Source of the DNA: Abditibacterium sp. | GTDB taxonomy: Bacteria; Armatimonadota; Abditibacteriia; Abditibacteriales; Abditibacteriaceae | DNA length: 64,000 nucleotides | Direction: 5' to 3' | Assembly (NCBI GenBank): GCA_965199495.1 | Contig: CBDASK010000003.1 | Location: 4,640,001 to 4,704,000, forward strand | In this document: piece by piece, positions 38,104-48,072 of the stretch | How the letters are laid out: each line of letters opens with the position of its first letter | Numbering within the stretch: position 1 is the first letter of the stretch | Position numbers and translations under genes: made by a program | Notes under the pieces: model-generated | Told to the model about the DNA's origin: nothing | Database searches by the model: none | What the model saw: only the letters and a program-made list of their open reading frames with translations

Positions 38104-40758
38104 ATGCGTCGTATTTTTGCCGTTGCGTTTCCGCTTTTGCTCGCGTTTCTACTCGTTACGCGCGGCGCGGAATGGTGGAGCGAAAAATGGTGGTTCGCGG
38201 CGCTCGATCAAAGCGCGGCGTGGTGGACTTACACCAAATGGCGCGCGGGCCTCTTCGCCGTGGCTGGTGGTCTGTGGCTGGCGATTGTCGGGCTGAATCT
38301 GCGATTGGCGTGGCACCAATCGCTGGCGCTGCGCCAACCGTTGTCGTTGTTGGGCGGCGGACTGCAAAACATCGCGATTCAGCTTTCGCCCTCGCTACGC
38401 ATGGGACGCCTGTTGCTGCGCATGACGGCCTGGGGCACGGCGTGGCTGGCGGCGGTTGCGGCGGCCAATCGGTTTGACGTGTGGGTTTTGCTGTTCGGTG
38501 GACTGCGCGACAGTTCGCAATTGGGATTTTTCCTCTATCGTCTGCCCGCGCTCGAATGGTTTTTCGGCTGGCTGGGCTTGGCGCTGGGTCTGACTTTCAC
38601 CGGTTGTCTGGCGATTTATTTCTGGCTCGAAGCCATCGAAACGGGGCCGGGCGTGCTACAAGCCACGGCGGCGGCGCGGCGGCATTTGTCGTTTTTGGGC
38701 GCGCTGTTTATCGCGTGGAAAGGCGGCGATTGCGCGTTGGCGGTTTTGCGCGCGCCCGTCGTTTCCGGCGATTCGGCCAACGGCATTCTGGGCGTGCCCG
38801 AACAACTTTTTGGCGTGCCCGCCGCTCAATTTTTCGCGTGGAGCGCCCTGCCCGTCGCGGCGATTTTGCTGTGGCTCGGCGCGCGCGACGAAGGCAAACG
38901 CGCTTTATTTCTGGGCACGATCTGGCTTATGTCGGCCATCGCCGTGCCGACGATGGCGCCGTCTTTCGCGCGCTCGCTGGGCATCGGCGACGAGGCGGCA
39001 CAACACCAAATCGTTGCGGCACACATTGCAGCCACGCGCACGGCGTGGGGTTTCGCCGACGTTCAAACGATTGAGGTCGCGGGCCACAATAGCTTCTCGA
39101 AAACGACGTTGCCCGCGCCCGGTCAGCGCGCGCCCATCGCGCTGTGGCCACTCGATGACGCGCGCGATTCGTTGGATCAAACTCTGGCTGGCAGCACGCT
39201 CAGCGCCGCGCGGTTGCACATCGGGCGCGACAAAAACGGTTTGGTTTTGCGCGCCATTGCCACACAGCGCGATTCGGTGGACGCCGCGCCCGCGCGCGCA
39301 TGGGAAGCGCCAGTTGACAAAACCGGCGCGTTGGGTTGGCAATCCGACCACGCGCTCGATTCGGTCACGCTGGCCGAAGCCGCGCCGACGCCCGAACCGT
39401 TCACCAACCGCGTCGGCCCGGCGCCAACCTCCGACTCAACGAGCGTCGAGCCGTTGCCGCGCTATCGGTTGACTTCGCAATCGCGCTTTGCTCTCGAACG
39501 TTCGTCGCTGGGCGCGTGTCTGGTTTTGGCGGCGCGCTTTCTCGATTTTTCGCTGGCGACGCCGGGCTTGCCGGTGATGCTGCATCTCGATCCGGTCGAG
39601 CGCGCGCAAAACTTGGCGCCGTTCGTCAATTGGAGCGGCGCCGTGGCTCATCCGGTCGTGCTGGAAAGTGGCGTCGGGCCGCAGGTCAATTGGATCGTCG
39701 AAGGCAGTTTCACCGCGCGCACCTATCCCAATTCGGCGACGCTACCGGGCGGCGATTTGTGGGGCGGCATCAACTACGCGCGCCAGAACGTGACCGCCGT
39801 TTTCAACGGCACGACCGGCGAATCGCAACTTTATCTCTTCGACCGCAACGAACCTTTGGCGCGCATCTGGGATCGGGCGTTGCCGGGTTTGTTTGCGCCC
39901 ATCGAAAAGATGAAACCGGAACTACGCGCCGCCATTCGCCCGGCGCCCGCGCAACTGAACGCGCTCACGCGCATTTACGCGCGCTATCATCCCGTCGCGG
40001 GCAAAAGCGCGAACGACGAGGCATTGAATTGGGAGAATCGCACAAGCGAATGGCGCCCAATTTTGGCGACCGACAAAGCGATGACGTCCAATTGGAATGA
40101 TGCGTTGTTACCAGAAAAAACGGGCGCGCCAACGCAATGGCAGTTGAGCGCCTTCGCTCCGGCGCGGGGCCGCGTTGACACGGGCGACGGCGTGGCTGCA
40201 CTGACCGGCATCGCGGGCGTCACGTTAGACGCGAGCGGCCATTGGCGCTGGCAAGCGTGGAATCCGGCCCAACCTTTGTCGTTGCCCAATTTCGTGACGC
40301 CCCCACAAAGCACCTACAGCAGCGAAACCGGATTGCGCTTCGTAGCGCCCACGCGCGTGGGCGTTTTCCCAACGTTCGACGCGACGGGCAAAGCCGATGG
40401 ATTCACCGCTTTTCACGCGCAAATTCAAACCGCCAAAGACAACGCGCCCACGATATTGCGAGTTCAAGCCGCCACAACCGGCGCTTTGAATGCAACGTCA
40501 GCCGCAGAATTAACAACCGATTATTCGCTGGGCCGAGTGCGCGACCTGTGGAACGCGATTTTGGCGAGCCGTCGCCACTCCGATTGGGCCAAAGTCGCCC
40601 AACTCGAAACGCAACTCAATCACGTTTTGAACGCGCCAACGCCAAAACCGACCTCATCTATCGCACCGACGACACCAGCCACGCCGACGATCAAGCCGAC
40701 CGCAACGCCAACGATTACGCCGAATTCAACGCCAACCGCGCGACCCAAGCCCAATTGA
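38104..40758 (+). CDS. UPF0182 family membrane protein (divergent)
   Basis: EKWWFAAL, GFFLYRLP, RRHLSFL, HIAATRTAWG, RAQNLAPF, WIVEG, NYARQNV. Confidence 0.75.
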   Translation: MRRIFAVAFPLLLAFLLVTRGAEWWSEKWWFAALDQSAAWWTYTKWRAGLFAVAGGLWLAIVGLNLRLAWHQSLALRQPLSLLGGGLQNIAIQLSPSLRMGRLLLRMTAWGTAWLAAVAAANRFDVWVLLFGGLRDSSQLGFFLYRLPALEWFFGWLGLALGLTFTGCLAIYFWLEAIETGPGVLQATAAARRHLSFLGALFIAWKGGDCALAVLRAPVVSGDSANGILGVPEQLFGVPAAQFFAWSALPVAAILLWLGARDEGKRALFLGTIWLMSAIAVPTMAPSFARSLGIGDEAAQHQIVAAHIAATRTAWGFADVQTIEVAGHNSFSKTTLPAPGQRAPIALWPLDDARDSLDQTLAGSTLSAARLHIGRDKNGLVLRAIATQRDSVDAAPARAWEAPVDKTGALGWQSDHALDSVTLAEAAPTPEPFTNRVGPAPTSDSTSVEPLPRYRLTSQSRFALERSSLGACLVLAARFLDFSLATPGLPVMLHLDPVERAQNLAPFVNWSGAVAHPVVLESGVGPQVNWIVEGSFTARTYPNSATLPGGDLWGGINYARQNVTAVFNGTTGESQLYLFDRNEPLARIWDRALPGLFAPIEKMKPELRAAIRPAPAQLNALTRIYARYHPVAGKSANDEALNWENRTSEWRPILATDKAMTSNWNDALLPEKTGAPTQWQLSAFAPARGRVDTGDGVAALTGIAGVTLDASGHWRWQAWNPAQPLSLPNFVTPPQSTYSSETGLRFVAPTRVGVFPTFDATGKADGFTAFHAQIQTAKDNAPTILRVQAATTGALNATSAAELTTDYSLGRVRDLWNAILASRRHSDWAKVAQLETQLNHVLNAPTPKPTSSIAPTTPATPTIKPTATPTITPNSTPTARPKPN

Positions 40759-40810
40759 GCGACTGCGTCGGAACGCGTTTATCCCTCGAAACGTGTAAGC
40801 GAAACCTCTT

Positions 40811-41560
40811 ATGAACACCGAACAAGCCTCATTGCCCTCGCTGGAATGGCAGGAAAACGCCACGCCGCAAGAAATTCTGAAATGGGCGACCCAAACTTAT
40901 GGTTCAAAACTGACAATGGCGACCGCCTTTGGCGCCGAGGGCTGTATGCTGCTCGATATGCTCGCCAAACTGCGCGATGAAACCGGTATTTTCCCCGACG
41001 TTTTCAATCTCGACACGCAATATCAATTCGGCCAAACGCTGAGTTTGAAAAAGCAAATCGAACGCAAATACGACATTCAAATTCGCGTCGTCACACCCGA
41101 CGACGGCATCATTGCCGCCGAAGCCAAATCGCAAAGCGAAGCGGGCCAGCCGTTGTATAAAACCGACCCCAATAATTGTTGTTACTGGCGCAAAGTCGTG
41201 CCGCTCGAAGGTGCCGTGGCTGGCTTCGACGCGTGGATTTCGGCGATTCGTCGCGACCAAACGCCGCAGCGCGCCGCAACGGCAATCATCGGCGCCGACC
41301 GCAAATTCGATTTGGTTAAAATCAACCCGCTCGCCAATTGGAGCAAAGAACAAGTCTGGAATTACATCCGCGAAAACGGCGTGCCGACGAATCCTCTACA
41401 TAATCAGGGCTTTCCGTCCATTGGTTGTTGGCCCTGCACCAAACCGGTGCGCGAAGGCGAAGACGAACGCGCCGGACGCTGGAGCGGAACCGAGAAAAAA
41501 GAGTGCGGTCTGCACGTTCAAGACAACGGCAACGACGCGCGCCGCATGGCGTTGCATTAA
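40811..41560 (+). CDS. cysH: APS/PAPS reductase
   Basis: FNLDTQY, CC..RKV.PL, RRDQT..R, KINPLANW, SIGCWPCT, RAGRW, ECGLH; CC...CxxC suggests the Fe-S APS type. Confidence 0.94.
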   Translation: MNTEQASLPSLEWQENATPQEILKWATQTYGSKLTMATAFGAEGCMLLDMLAKLRDETGIFPDVFNLDTQYQFGQTLSLKKQIERKYDIQIRVVTPDDGIIAAEAKSQSEAGQPLYKTDPNNCCYWRKVVPLEGAVAGFDAWISAIRRDQTPQRAATAIIGADRKFDLVKINPLANWSKEQVWNYIRENGVPTNPLHNQGFPSIGCWPCTKPVREGEDERAGRWSGTEKKECGLHVQDNGNDARRMALH

Positions 41561-41569
41561 ACCATTTCT

Positions 41570-42064
41570 TTAGGCACTTCGAGAGAGAATGTCTCGGACG
41601 AGATATAATTCGGTATTCTTTTCTTTTGTCCAACCCAGAGAATCTGATTCAGGCCATTGGATATTCTTTTTGGAAAAATGGTAGCCCAAAAATTCTTCAA
41701 AGCTGTCTCCACAGGAAATATCGATAACGCCGCTGGCGAAGACCTTTCCCGTTGCAGAGATGGCGTAGGTAAAAATATCATCCAGCGTGTAGGCAATAGG
41801 GAAAAGAATTTCATTAATTTCCCACTCCCATCTCAGCCACTCAAATTTGTCGTTACGCATCAAACTTTCTTCGGGGCTAAAGTGAAGATCGCCAAGAGTC
41901 AAGCCTCCATATTCTCGCAAGAGCATGACAGCGTTCGGAAAAATGTGACAACCGAAATCTCGTACGCCCATTTCCAACCATTCGATAACTTGAGCATCAT
42001 CCACGCGTCGGCTTGGGAACCAACCGGCATTGCGTAATCTTTCTTCAACTTCAGGCGTTATCAT
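41570..42064 (-). CDS. SUKH-3 family immunity-like protein
   Basis: LRNAGWFPSRRVD, FPNAVMLLREYGGL, LFPIA, ISATGKVF. Confidence 0.75.
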   Translation of the reverse strand: MITPEVEERLRNAGWFPSRRVDDAQVIEWLEMGVRDFGCHIFPNAVMLLREYGGLTLGDLHFSPEESLMRNDKFEWLRWEWEINEILFPIAYTLDDIFTYAISATGKVFASGVIDISCGDSFEEFLGYHFSKKNIQWPESDSLGWTKEKNTELYLVRDILSRSA

Positions 42065-42096
42065 AAGATTTGCGTTGAGTAGCTTTCAGTGCAAAT

Positions 42097-42978
42097 TTAC
42101 TGCGTTTTCGCCGGGCTTTTGCCGCACGAACCGCCGCGCGAAACGTGATTGTTGCAGCCCTTGGCCAAACCACGCTCGTCGCGCAAACTGCGCAAATCGT
42201 CGCCGCTTACGTCAATGTGGCGGCCATCGCCCAGACGGACGCGCACGATTTCGGTGAACACGTTCACGTCCACCACGCGGCCTGGCCCTTCGGGGCTGTC
42301 AACGGGCGCGCCGGTTTTGGGCAAACGTTCGTTGGCGTCGCGATAAAAATCGACTTCGTAGCGCAAACAGCACATCAGGCGCCCGCAAACGCCCGAAATT
42401 TTCGAGGGCGTCAAAGACAAACGCTGTTCTTTGGCCAATTTCAAATTAACCGACGGCGTCGGCGACAGAAATGTCGAGCAACAAAGCGGCTGACCGCACG
42501 GACCGCAACCGCCCAATTGCGCGGCGCTTTCGCGCGGGCCGAGATGCTGCAAATGCAACCGCGTCGCGAGTTGGCCCGACAAATCGCGCAATAATTCGCG
42601 AAAATCCACGCGGTCTTCGCTTTCGTAAAAAACGAACGTTTTGCTGCGGTCGAACAACACTTCGGCTTTGACGACCTTCATCGGCAAACCATAATCGTTG
42701 ACGCAAGCGCGCGCAATCAAGAGCGCGCGATTTTCCCACGCGCGATTTTCTTCGTCCAAAGCGATGTCGGCGGCATCAGCCACGCGCTCGATGCTGCGAA
42801 GCGGCGGCACGACGCGCGTCTCGTCAATGTTGCGCGGCAGAAACTTGACCACGCCCATTTCCAAACCGCGCGCCGTTTCGGCCAGCACGCGCGAGCCGAC
42901 GTGAACTTCATAATCGCGCGGATCTAAATAGTAGCTTTTAACCGGTTCTCGAAAAGTGCAAGTCGCAACCCAGGGCAT
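42097..42978 (-). CDS. ricT: PSP1/YaaT (RicT) family protein
   Basis: RVDFRELLRDL, GGCGPCGQPLCC, LAKEQRLSLTPSKISGVCGRLMCCLRYE. Confidence 0.92.
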   Translation of the reverse strand: MPWVATCTFREPVKSYYLDPRDYEVHVGSRVLAETARGLEMGVVKFLPRNIDETRVVPPLRSIERVADAADIALDEENRAWENRALLIARACVNDYGLPMKVVKAEVLFDRSKTFVFYESEDRVDFRELLRDLSGQLATRLHLQHLGPRESAAQLGGCGPCGQPLCCSTFLSPTPSVNLKLAKEQRLSLTPSKISGVCGRLMCCLRYEVDFYRDANERLPKTGAPVDSPEGPGRVVDVNVFTEIVRVRLGDGRHIDVSGDDLRSLRDERGLAKGCNNHVSRGGSCGKSPAKTQ

Positions 42979-43028
42979 GATAGGTCTAAGTTTGACAGGA
43001 CGCGGAGGAGCAGAGTTTTCCAGCTACA

Positions 43029-43122
43029 CAAAACAGAACCCGGAGCGGAAGCGACGCGGCTAAGTATCAGTTCCAAAAGACTTGAATTCAGCCGCGTCGC
43101 TTCCGCTCCGGGTTCCGTTTTG
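43029..43122. repeat. Inverted repeat, family E (AGAACCCGGAGCGGAAGCGACGCGGCT)
   Basis: 33-bp arms 43029-43061 and 43090-43122, one mismatch; same core at 57968-58057. Confidence 0.9.
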
Positions 43123-43134
43123 CTCGCGGCAATT

Positions 43135-44148
43135 CTAATTCGCCGCCAAGCGTTTATCATACTGGCGCGCGTAATAATCTTTGTAATCGTCGCCGTCGCG
43201 AATCGCGCGCCACCAATCCTCGCGCGCTTGATACCATTCGACGGTTTCGCGCATCGCGTCGTCGAAGGTGTGGCGCGGCGCGTAACCCAAACTTTTGATT
43301 TTCTCGAAATTGAGAGCGTAACGCCGGTCGTGCCCGGCGCGGTCTTCGACGTGCTTGATTAAGTTGTCGGTTTTGCCGGTCAACTCCAAAATGCGCGCGA
43401 CGATTTCGCGGTTATAACGCTCGTTGCCGCCGCCGACGTTGTAGGCTTCGCCGGGCGTGCCTTTTTCTCCGGCGATTAAAATTCCCAGCGCGTGATCGAG
43501 GGCATAAATCCAGTCGCGGCGCTGCATTCCATCGCCGTAAATCGGCAACTGCTTGTCGTCCATCGCATTCGTCGTCATCAGGGGAATCAGCTTTTCGGGG
43601 AACTGAAACGGGCCAAACGTATTGGAGCCGCGCGTGATGATTACCGGCAAACCGTGCGAAATGAAATACGAACGCGCGATGAGTTCGCCGCCCGCTTTTG
43701 AAGCGGCATACGGGCTGCGCGGCGCCAATGGGTCGGTTTCGACCGAATGGCCGCTTTCGACATCGCCATAAACTTCGTCGGTCGAAACTTGAACGAAGCG
43801 CGAAACGCCGCGTTTCTTGGCTTCTTCGCACAGCGCGTAAACGCCGTAAACATCGGTTTGCACGAACGCGCCCGCCAATTCGGGGTCGCCCATCAGCGAG
43901 CGGTCAACGTGGCTTTCGGCGGCGAAGTTGAACACCATTTCGCAACCGTCCATCGCGCGCGAAACAGCCACGGCGTCGCAGATGTCGCCTTGGACGAATT
44001 CGGCGCGCAAATCTTCCAAAGTTTCGCGCCGTCCGGCGTAGGTCAGTTTGTCGAGAACCACAACGTCCCAATCGGGCCGCTCGGCATTGACGAGACGCAC
44101 AAAGTTGGACGCAATAAAACCGGCGCCGCCGGTCACTAAAATTTTCAT
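43135..44148 (-). CDS. rfbB: dTDP-glucose 4,6-dehydratase
   Basis: LVTGGAGFIAS, DKLTYAG, AAESHVDRS, VSTDEVYG, SPYAASK, QFPEKLIP, GHDRRYA. Confidence 0.96.
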   Translation of the reverse strand: MKILVTGGAGFIASNFVRLVNAERPDWDVVVLDKLTYAGRRETLEDLRAEFVQGDICDAVAVSRAMDGCEMVFNFAAESHVDRSLMGDPELAGAFVQTDVYGVYALCEEAKKRGVSRFVQVSTDEVYGDVESGHSVETDPLAPRSPYAASKAGGELIARSYFISHGLPVIITRGSNTFGPFQFPEKLIPLMTTNAMDDKQLPIYGDGMQRRDWIYALDHALGILIAGEKGTPGEAYNVGGGNERYNREIVARILELTGKTDNLIKHVEDRAGHDRRYALNFEKIKSLGYAPRHTFDDAMRETVEWYQAREDWWRAIRDGDDYKDYYARQYDKRLAAN

Positions 44149-44150
44149 CG

Positions 44151-45062
44151 TTAAAAATTTACTCGAAACGCAGCCACGTCGCTTTGCTCGCGGTGATTGT
44201 GAGTTATAAAATCCACGCCATTTTTGTCAATTTCCAAAACGCGCGAATAGGGGCCGTCGTAGAGTTCGGGACAATGCTGGATGCGCAGCCAACGGCCATA
44301 GCCCCAACTGTCGGGACAATGAATTTGCCAGACGTTGCCACCGGCTTTGTAAGGCGGAAACAAATAATGATCGGGATGCAAATGAACGTGGCCCGACATC
44401 CAAAACGTCGGCGCCTCGCGTTGCAACAGCGCGCGTTTCAAATCGCCCTGCGGTTCGACGCAACCAGTGCGGTCGTCGTAATAGGTCATGTCCAAACGCG
44501 CGTTCAGCATCAACGGCGCGTGACAAAAGATGAAAAGCGGCGTGTCGTCTGCCGTGCGAATTTGCTTTGTTAGCCACTGCGATTGTTCGTTACTCAAAGT
44601 TTCCTGCTTGGTTTCGCCGATGCCGTCGAGCGAACAAAAAACAAAGCGACCGAGGGGCGAATCGAAGGCGCGCCACAAATCTTTCAATCCATAAAATCGC
44701 CGGAATTTCTCGATATTGGCGCGTTGTTCGTGAATATCGGCGGAGTTCCAAATATCTCCGTAGAGGCCGGAATCCTCGTCGAATTCCTCAAAGTGAAATT
44801 CGTGATTACCCACGACCGGCGTATAAGGCTTATCCAGATTTTCGATAAATTCGCGCACGGCTTCATATTCGCGGTCGGTGGCGTAAGCCGAAACCATATC
44901 GCCCAGCAAAATGACGTAATCTACGCCATCGAGCAAAGCGCGATTGGCGGTGATAACTGCGCCCGCCGGCTTTGGCAAATGCAAATCGGTTAATGGCAAA
45001 ATGCGCAAACGGTCGGCGTTTTCGGGCAGCGGCGAAGGAGCGGGTGAGACGGATTGAAACAT
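44151..45062 (-). CDS. Calcineurin-like metallophosphoesterase
   Basis: DLH, LGD, GNHE, CH, SGHVH motifs. Confidence 0.9.
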   Translation of the reverse strand: MFQSVSPAPSPLPENADRLRILPLTDLHLPKPAGAVITANRALLDGVDYVILLGDMVSAYATDREYEAVREFIENLDKPYTPVVGNHEFHFEEFDEDSGLYGDIWNSADIHEQRANIEKFRRFYGLKDLWRAFDSPLGRFVFCSLDGIGETKQETLSNEQSQWLTKQIRTADDTPLFIFCHAPLMLNARLDMTYYDDRTGCVEPQGDLKRALLQREAPTFWMSGHVHLHPDHYLFPPYKAGGNVWQIHCPDSWGYGRWLRIQHCPELYDGPYSRVLEIDKNGVDFITHNHREQSDVAAFRVNF

Positions 45063-45088
45063 TTTTATACGACGAATTCTATAATGAT

Positions 45089-45217
45089 TTTATTTCACAC
45101 AAAGAACACGAAGTTCTCACCAAGAACACAAAGAGTTTGAAGAACAGTTACTTAATTCGCTCTCTTTTTCTCCTTTGGGTTCTTGGTGAGAACTTCGTGT
45201 TCTTTGTGTGAAATAAA
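45089..45217. repeat. Inverted repeat, family D
   Basis: 45-bp arms 45089-45133 and 45173-45217, one mismatch. Confidence 0.85.
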
Positions 45218-45223
45218 CGTTGT

Positions 45224-46060
45224 TTAACGGTTGTTCAAAGCAGCCACGGCGCGTTCGACATCGCCACCGCACCTTTCTAACGCCGCACCCGCCGTGGCTG
45301 CATCGGCGCCCGACAGTTCCATCACTAAACGCCGCGCGCGGTCGCGCAGTTTGTCGCACGAGAGTTTGAGATGCGTCATCTTATTGCCGTCCACGCGGCC
45401 CAATCTCAACATAATTCCGGTTGAAATCATGTTCAAAATCAGCTTTTGCGCTGTGCCCGCTTTCATACGGGTCGAGCCGGTCAAAGCCTCCGGCCCGACG
45501 GCGGGCGCGATGTAGACATCGCAGTGATTTTTCATAGCGCCAGCGGGATTGACCGAAACGCCCGCCGTGAAACAGCCGTGTTGCCGCGCCCAGTCCAAGG
45601 CGCCCAAAACGTAGGGTGTGCGCCCCGACGCCGCCAAACCGACGACGCAATCTTTCGTGGTCACGCCCGCATTTTGCAAATCGCGCGCGCCGCCATCGGG
45701 CGAATCTTCGGCGCCCTCGCGCGAACGAAACACGGCCTCCGGCCCGCCCGCGATAATGCCTTGCACCAATTCGGGCGCAACACCAAACGTCGGCGGACAT
45801 TCGGACGCATCAACCACGCCCAAACGCCCTGATGTGCCCGCGCCGATATAAAACAAACGCCCGCCATTGGCAATGCGCGGCGCGATGGCGTCAATAGTTT
45901 GCGCGACGAGCGGCAAAACTTCGCGCACGGCGACGGCGACGCGTTGGTCTTCATCATTAATCAGTTGCAACGCTTCGAGCGTAGGAAGTTGCGATAGATT
46001 CGCCGTGGCTGCATTGGCGGCTTCGGTCGGGAGATCGGAAAGATTTTCGGGGAAATTCAT
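45224..46060 (-). CDS. murQ: N-acetylmuramic acid 6-phosphate etherase
   Basis: LPTEAAN, YIGAGTSGRLGVVDASECPPTFG, GPEALTGSTRMKAGTAQK. Confidence 0.96.
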   Translation of the reverse strand: MNFPENLSDLPTEAANAATANLSQLPTLEALQLINDEDQRVAVAVREVLPLVAQTIDAIAPRIANGGRLFYIGAGTSGRLGVVDASECPPTFGVAPELVQGIIAGGPEAVFRSREGAEDSPDGGARDLQNAGVTTKDCVVGLAASGRTPYVLGALDWARQHGCFTAGVSVNPAGAMKNHCDVYIAPAVGPEALTGSTRMKAGTAQKLILNMISTGIMLRLGRVDGNKMTHLKLSCDKLRDRARRLVMELSGADAATAGAALERCGGDVERAVAALNNR

Positions 46061-46069
46061 AGAGTGTTG

Positions 46070-46175
46070 AAACCGTAGAGACACCGACTTGTCGTGTCTA
46101 AAATGTATATGAACGCGCGTTTGTTTGCGGATACCGCGACATTTTAGACACGACAAGTCGGTGTCTCTACGGTTT
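46070..46175. repeat. REP-doublet inverted repeat, family A
   Basis: Perfect 37-bp arms 46070-46106 and 46139-46175; core identical to 1491-1612. Confidence 0.9.
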
Positions 46176-46184
46176 GCACAAAAT

Positions 46185-47960
46185 CTACATCGCGTCCAAA
46201 GTTTGGATGCCCAGCAACGCCAATCCGCGCTCCAAAACATCGCCGGTTAAAGCCGTCAGCGCCAAGCGCGAGCTTTGAACGAGGGGCGCGGGCGCGGGTT
46301 CTTTGACAATCGGGCAATCGCGGAAAAACGCGGCGAATTTACCGGCCAATTCATACAAATAATCGCACAACAAATGCGGGCGATAATCTTCCAAAGCCGC
46401 GTCAATCGCTTCGCCGAAACGCGCGATGGTTTTGGCCAGTTCGATTTCGGCGTCTTCGTTCAACTCAATCGCCGTGGCTGCATCGAATCTCACGCCTTTT
46501 TCGGCGGCGCGGCGCGCAATCGAGCGCGTGCGCACATAAGCATATTCCAGATAAACCGCGCTGTTGCCATTCAAAGCGACGGCTTTGTCCCACGAAAACA
46601 CGTAATCCGAAGCGCGATTGCTGCTCAAATCGGCGTATTTCACGGCGCCAATGCCCAAAACGCGACCGACTTCATCGAGTTTGTCATCGCTCATTTCGGG
46701 ATTGACTTCGCGCGCCAAATCGCGCGCGCGTTGCTCGGCTTCGTCCAACAAGTTGGTCAGCTTGACGGTGCCGCCTTCACGCGTTTTAAACGGCGTTTTG
46801 TCCTCGCCCAAAATCATGCCGAAACCGGCGTGAACCAATTCGATTTCGGTCGGTTTCCAACGGTTAAACGCGTCGAAAACCTGCCGAAAATGTTGCCCTT
46901 GCCGCGAATCGGTGACGTAAATTATTTCGTCGGGCGCCCACTTTTGCAGGCGATATTCCAGCGTCGCCAAATCGGTCGTCGCGTAAGTCGCGGCCCCGTC
47001 CGATTTGCGCACAATCGTTGGCGCGTCGGCCCATTCGCCGTCGCGATTGACTTTAAAAGGATCGGTTTTCGGTTCGCCCTTTTCGTCCGAAAACACAGCC
47101 ACGGCGCCTTCGCTGGGACGCGCGACGTTGGCTTGCATCAATTCGTCAACTAAATTTTCCAGTCGGTCGTTATAAAAACTTTCGCCCAGCGTCACGTCGA
47201 ATTCGATGCCCAAACGCGCGTAAATCCGGTCGAACTGCGCCTGCGACAGCGCGCGAACGCGCTCCCAAATCGCGCGGTTTTCTTCGTCGCCCGATTGCAA
47301 TTTCGCGGTTTCATCGCGCGCCAACTGTTCGAGCGCGACATCGGTTTTCGCGCGTTCGTTGACAGATTTGTAAAGCCGCTCCATTTCGCCAATTGGATCG
47401 GTTTTCAGGTTTGCTTCGTCCAACTCCGATTTCCAGCCGACGATAATTTTGCCGAACGCCGTGCCCCAATCGCCGATATGATTATCGGTGACAACCGTGT
47501 GACCTTTAAACCGCAGCAAACGCGCGATGGCGTCGCCGATAATCGTCGAGCGAATGTGGCCGACGTGCATCGGTTTGGCGACATTGGGCGACGAGAAATC
47601 CACCACAATCGTCTGCGAATTGTCGGCTTTATCCACGCCTAAACGTTCGTCATTGCAGATTTCGTTGATATTTTTGGCAAGCCAATTGTTCGTCAAACGA
47701 AAATTAACGAAGCCCGGCCCGGCGATTTCGGGCGGCTCGCTGAGTGCAGCCACGTCGAGTCGCTCCATCACTTCATTGGCAATTTCGCGCGGTTTGCGCC
47801 CCAGAACTTTGGCGAGTTGGAGCGCGCCATTCCACTGATAATCGCCGAATTTGGGATTGGTCGCGGGCACGATTTGCTGCGCCTCGTCGGGCGCGCCTTC
47901 GAGATTATAAAGCGTCAAAGCGGCGTCGAGGGCGCTTTGCAGTTGTTTTTTAGCGTTCAT
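46185..47960 (-). CDS. argS: Arginine--tRNA ligase
   Basis: FGDYQ, AGPGFVN, VDFSSPNVAKPMHVGHIRSTIIGD, FKTREG, GNSAVYLEYAYVR. Confidence 0.97.
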   Translation of the reverse strand: MNAKKQLQSALDAALTLYNLEGAPDEAQQIVPATNPKFGDYQWNGALQLAKVLGRKPREIANEVMERLDVAALSEPPEIAGPGFVNFRLTNNWLAKNINEICNDERLGVDKADNSQTIVVDFSSPNVAKPMHVGHIRSTIIGDAIARLLRFKGHTVVTDNHIGDWGTAFGKIIVGWKSELDEANLKTDPIGEMERLYKSVNERAKTDVALEQLARDETAKLQSGDEENRAIWERVRALSQAQFDRIYARLGIEFDVTLGESFYNDRLENLVDELMQANVARPSEGAVAVFSDEKGEPKTDPFKVNRDGEWADAPTIVRKSDGAATYATTDLATLEYRLQKWAPDEIIYVTDSRQGQHFRQVFDAFNRWKPTEIELVHAGFGMILGEDKTPFKTREGGTVKLTNLLDEAEQRARDLAREVNPEMSDDKLDEVGRVLGIGAVKYADLSSNRASDYVFSWDKAVALNGNSAVYLEYAYVRTRSIARRAAEKGVRFDAATAIELNEDAEIELAKTIARFGEAIDAALEDYRPHLLCDYLYELAGKFAAFFRDCPIVKEPAPAPLVQSSRLALTALTGDVLERGLALLGIQTLDAM

Positions 47961-47965
47961 TTTGA

Positions 47966-48070
47966 TCAGGAAACAGGAGACAGGAGACAAGGGACACAGG
48001 AAAAGAACTTGGTGCCGCGACATATCGGTGCTTGCCCAGTCTCCTGTCTCCCTCGTCTCCTGTTTCCTGA
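47966..48070. repeat. Inverted heptamer cluster (CAGGAGA)n
   Basis: TCAGGAAACAGGAGACAGGAGAC... paired with ...GTCTCCTGTTTCCTGA. Confidence 0.8.
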
Positions 48071-48072
48071 AA

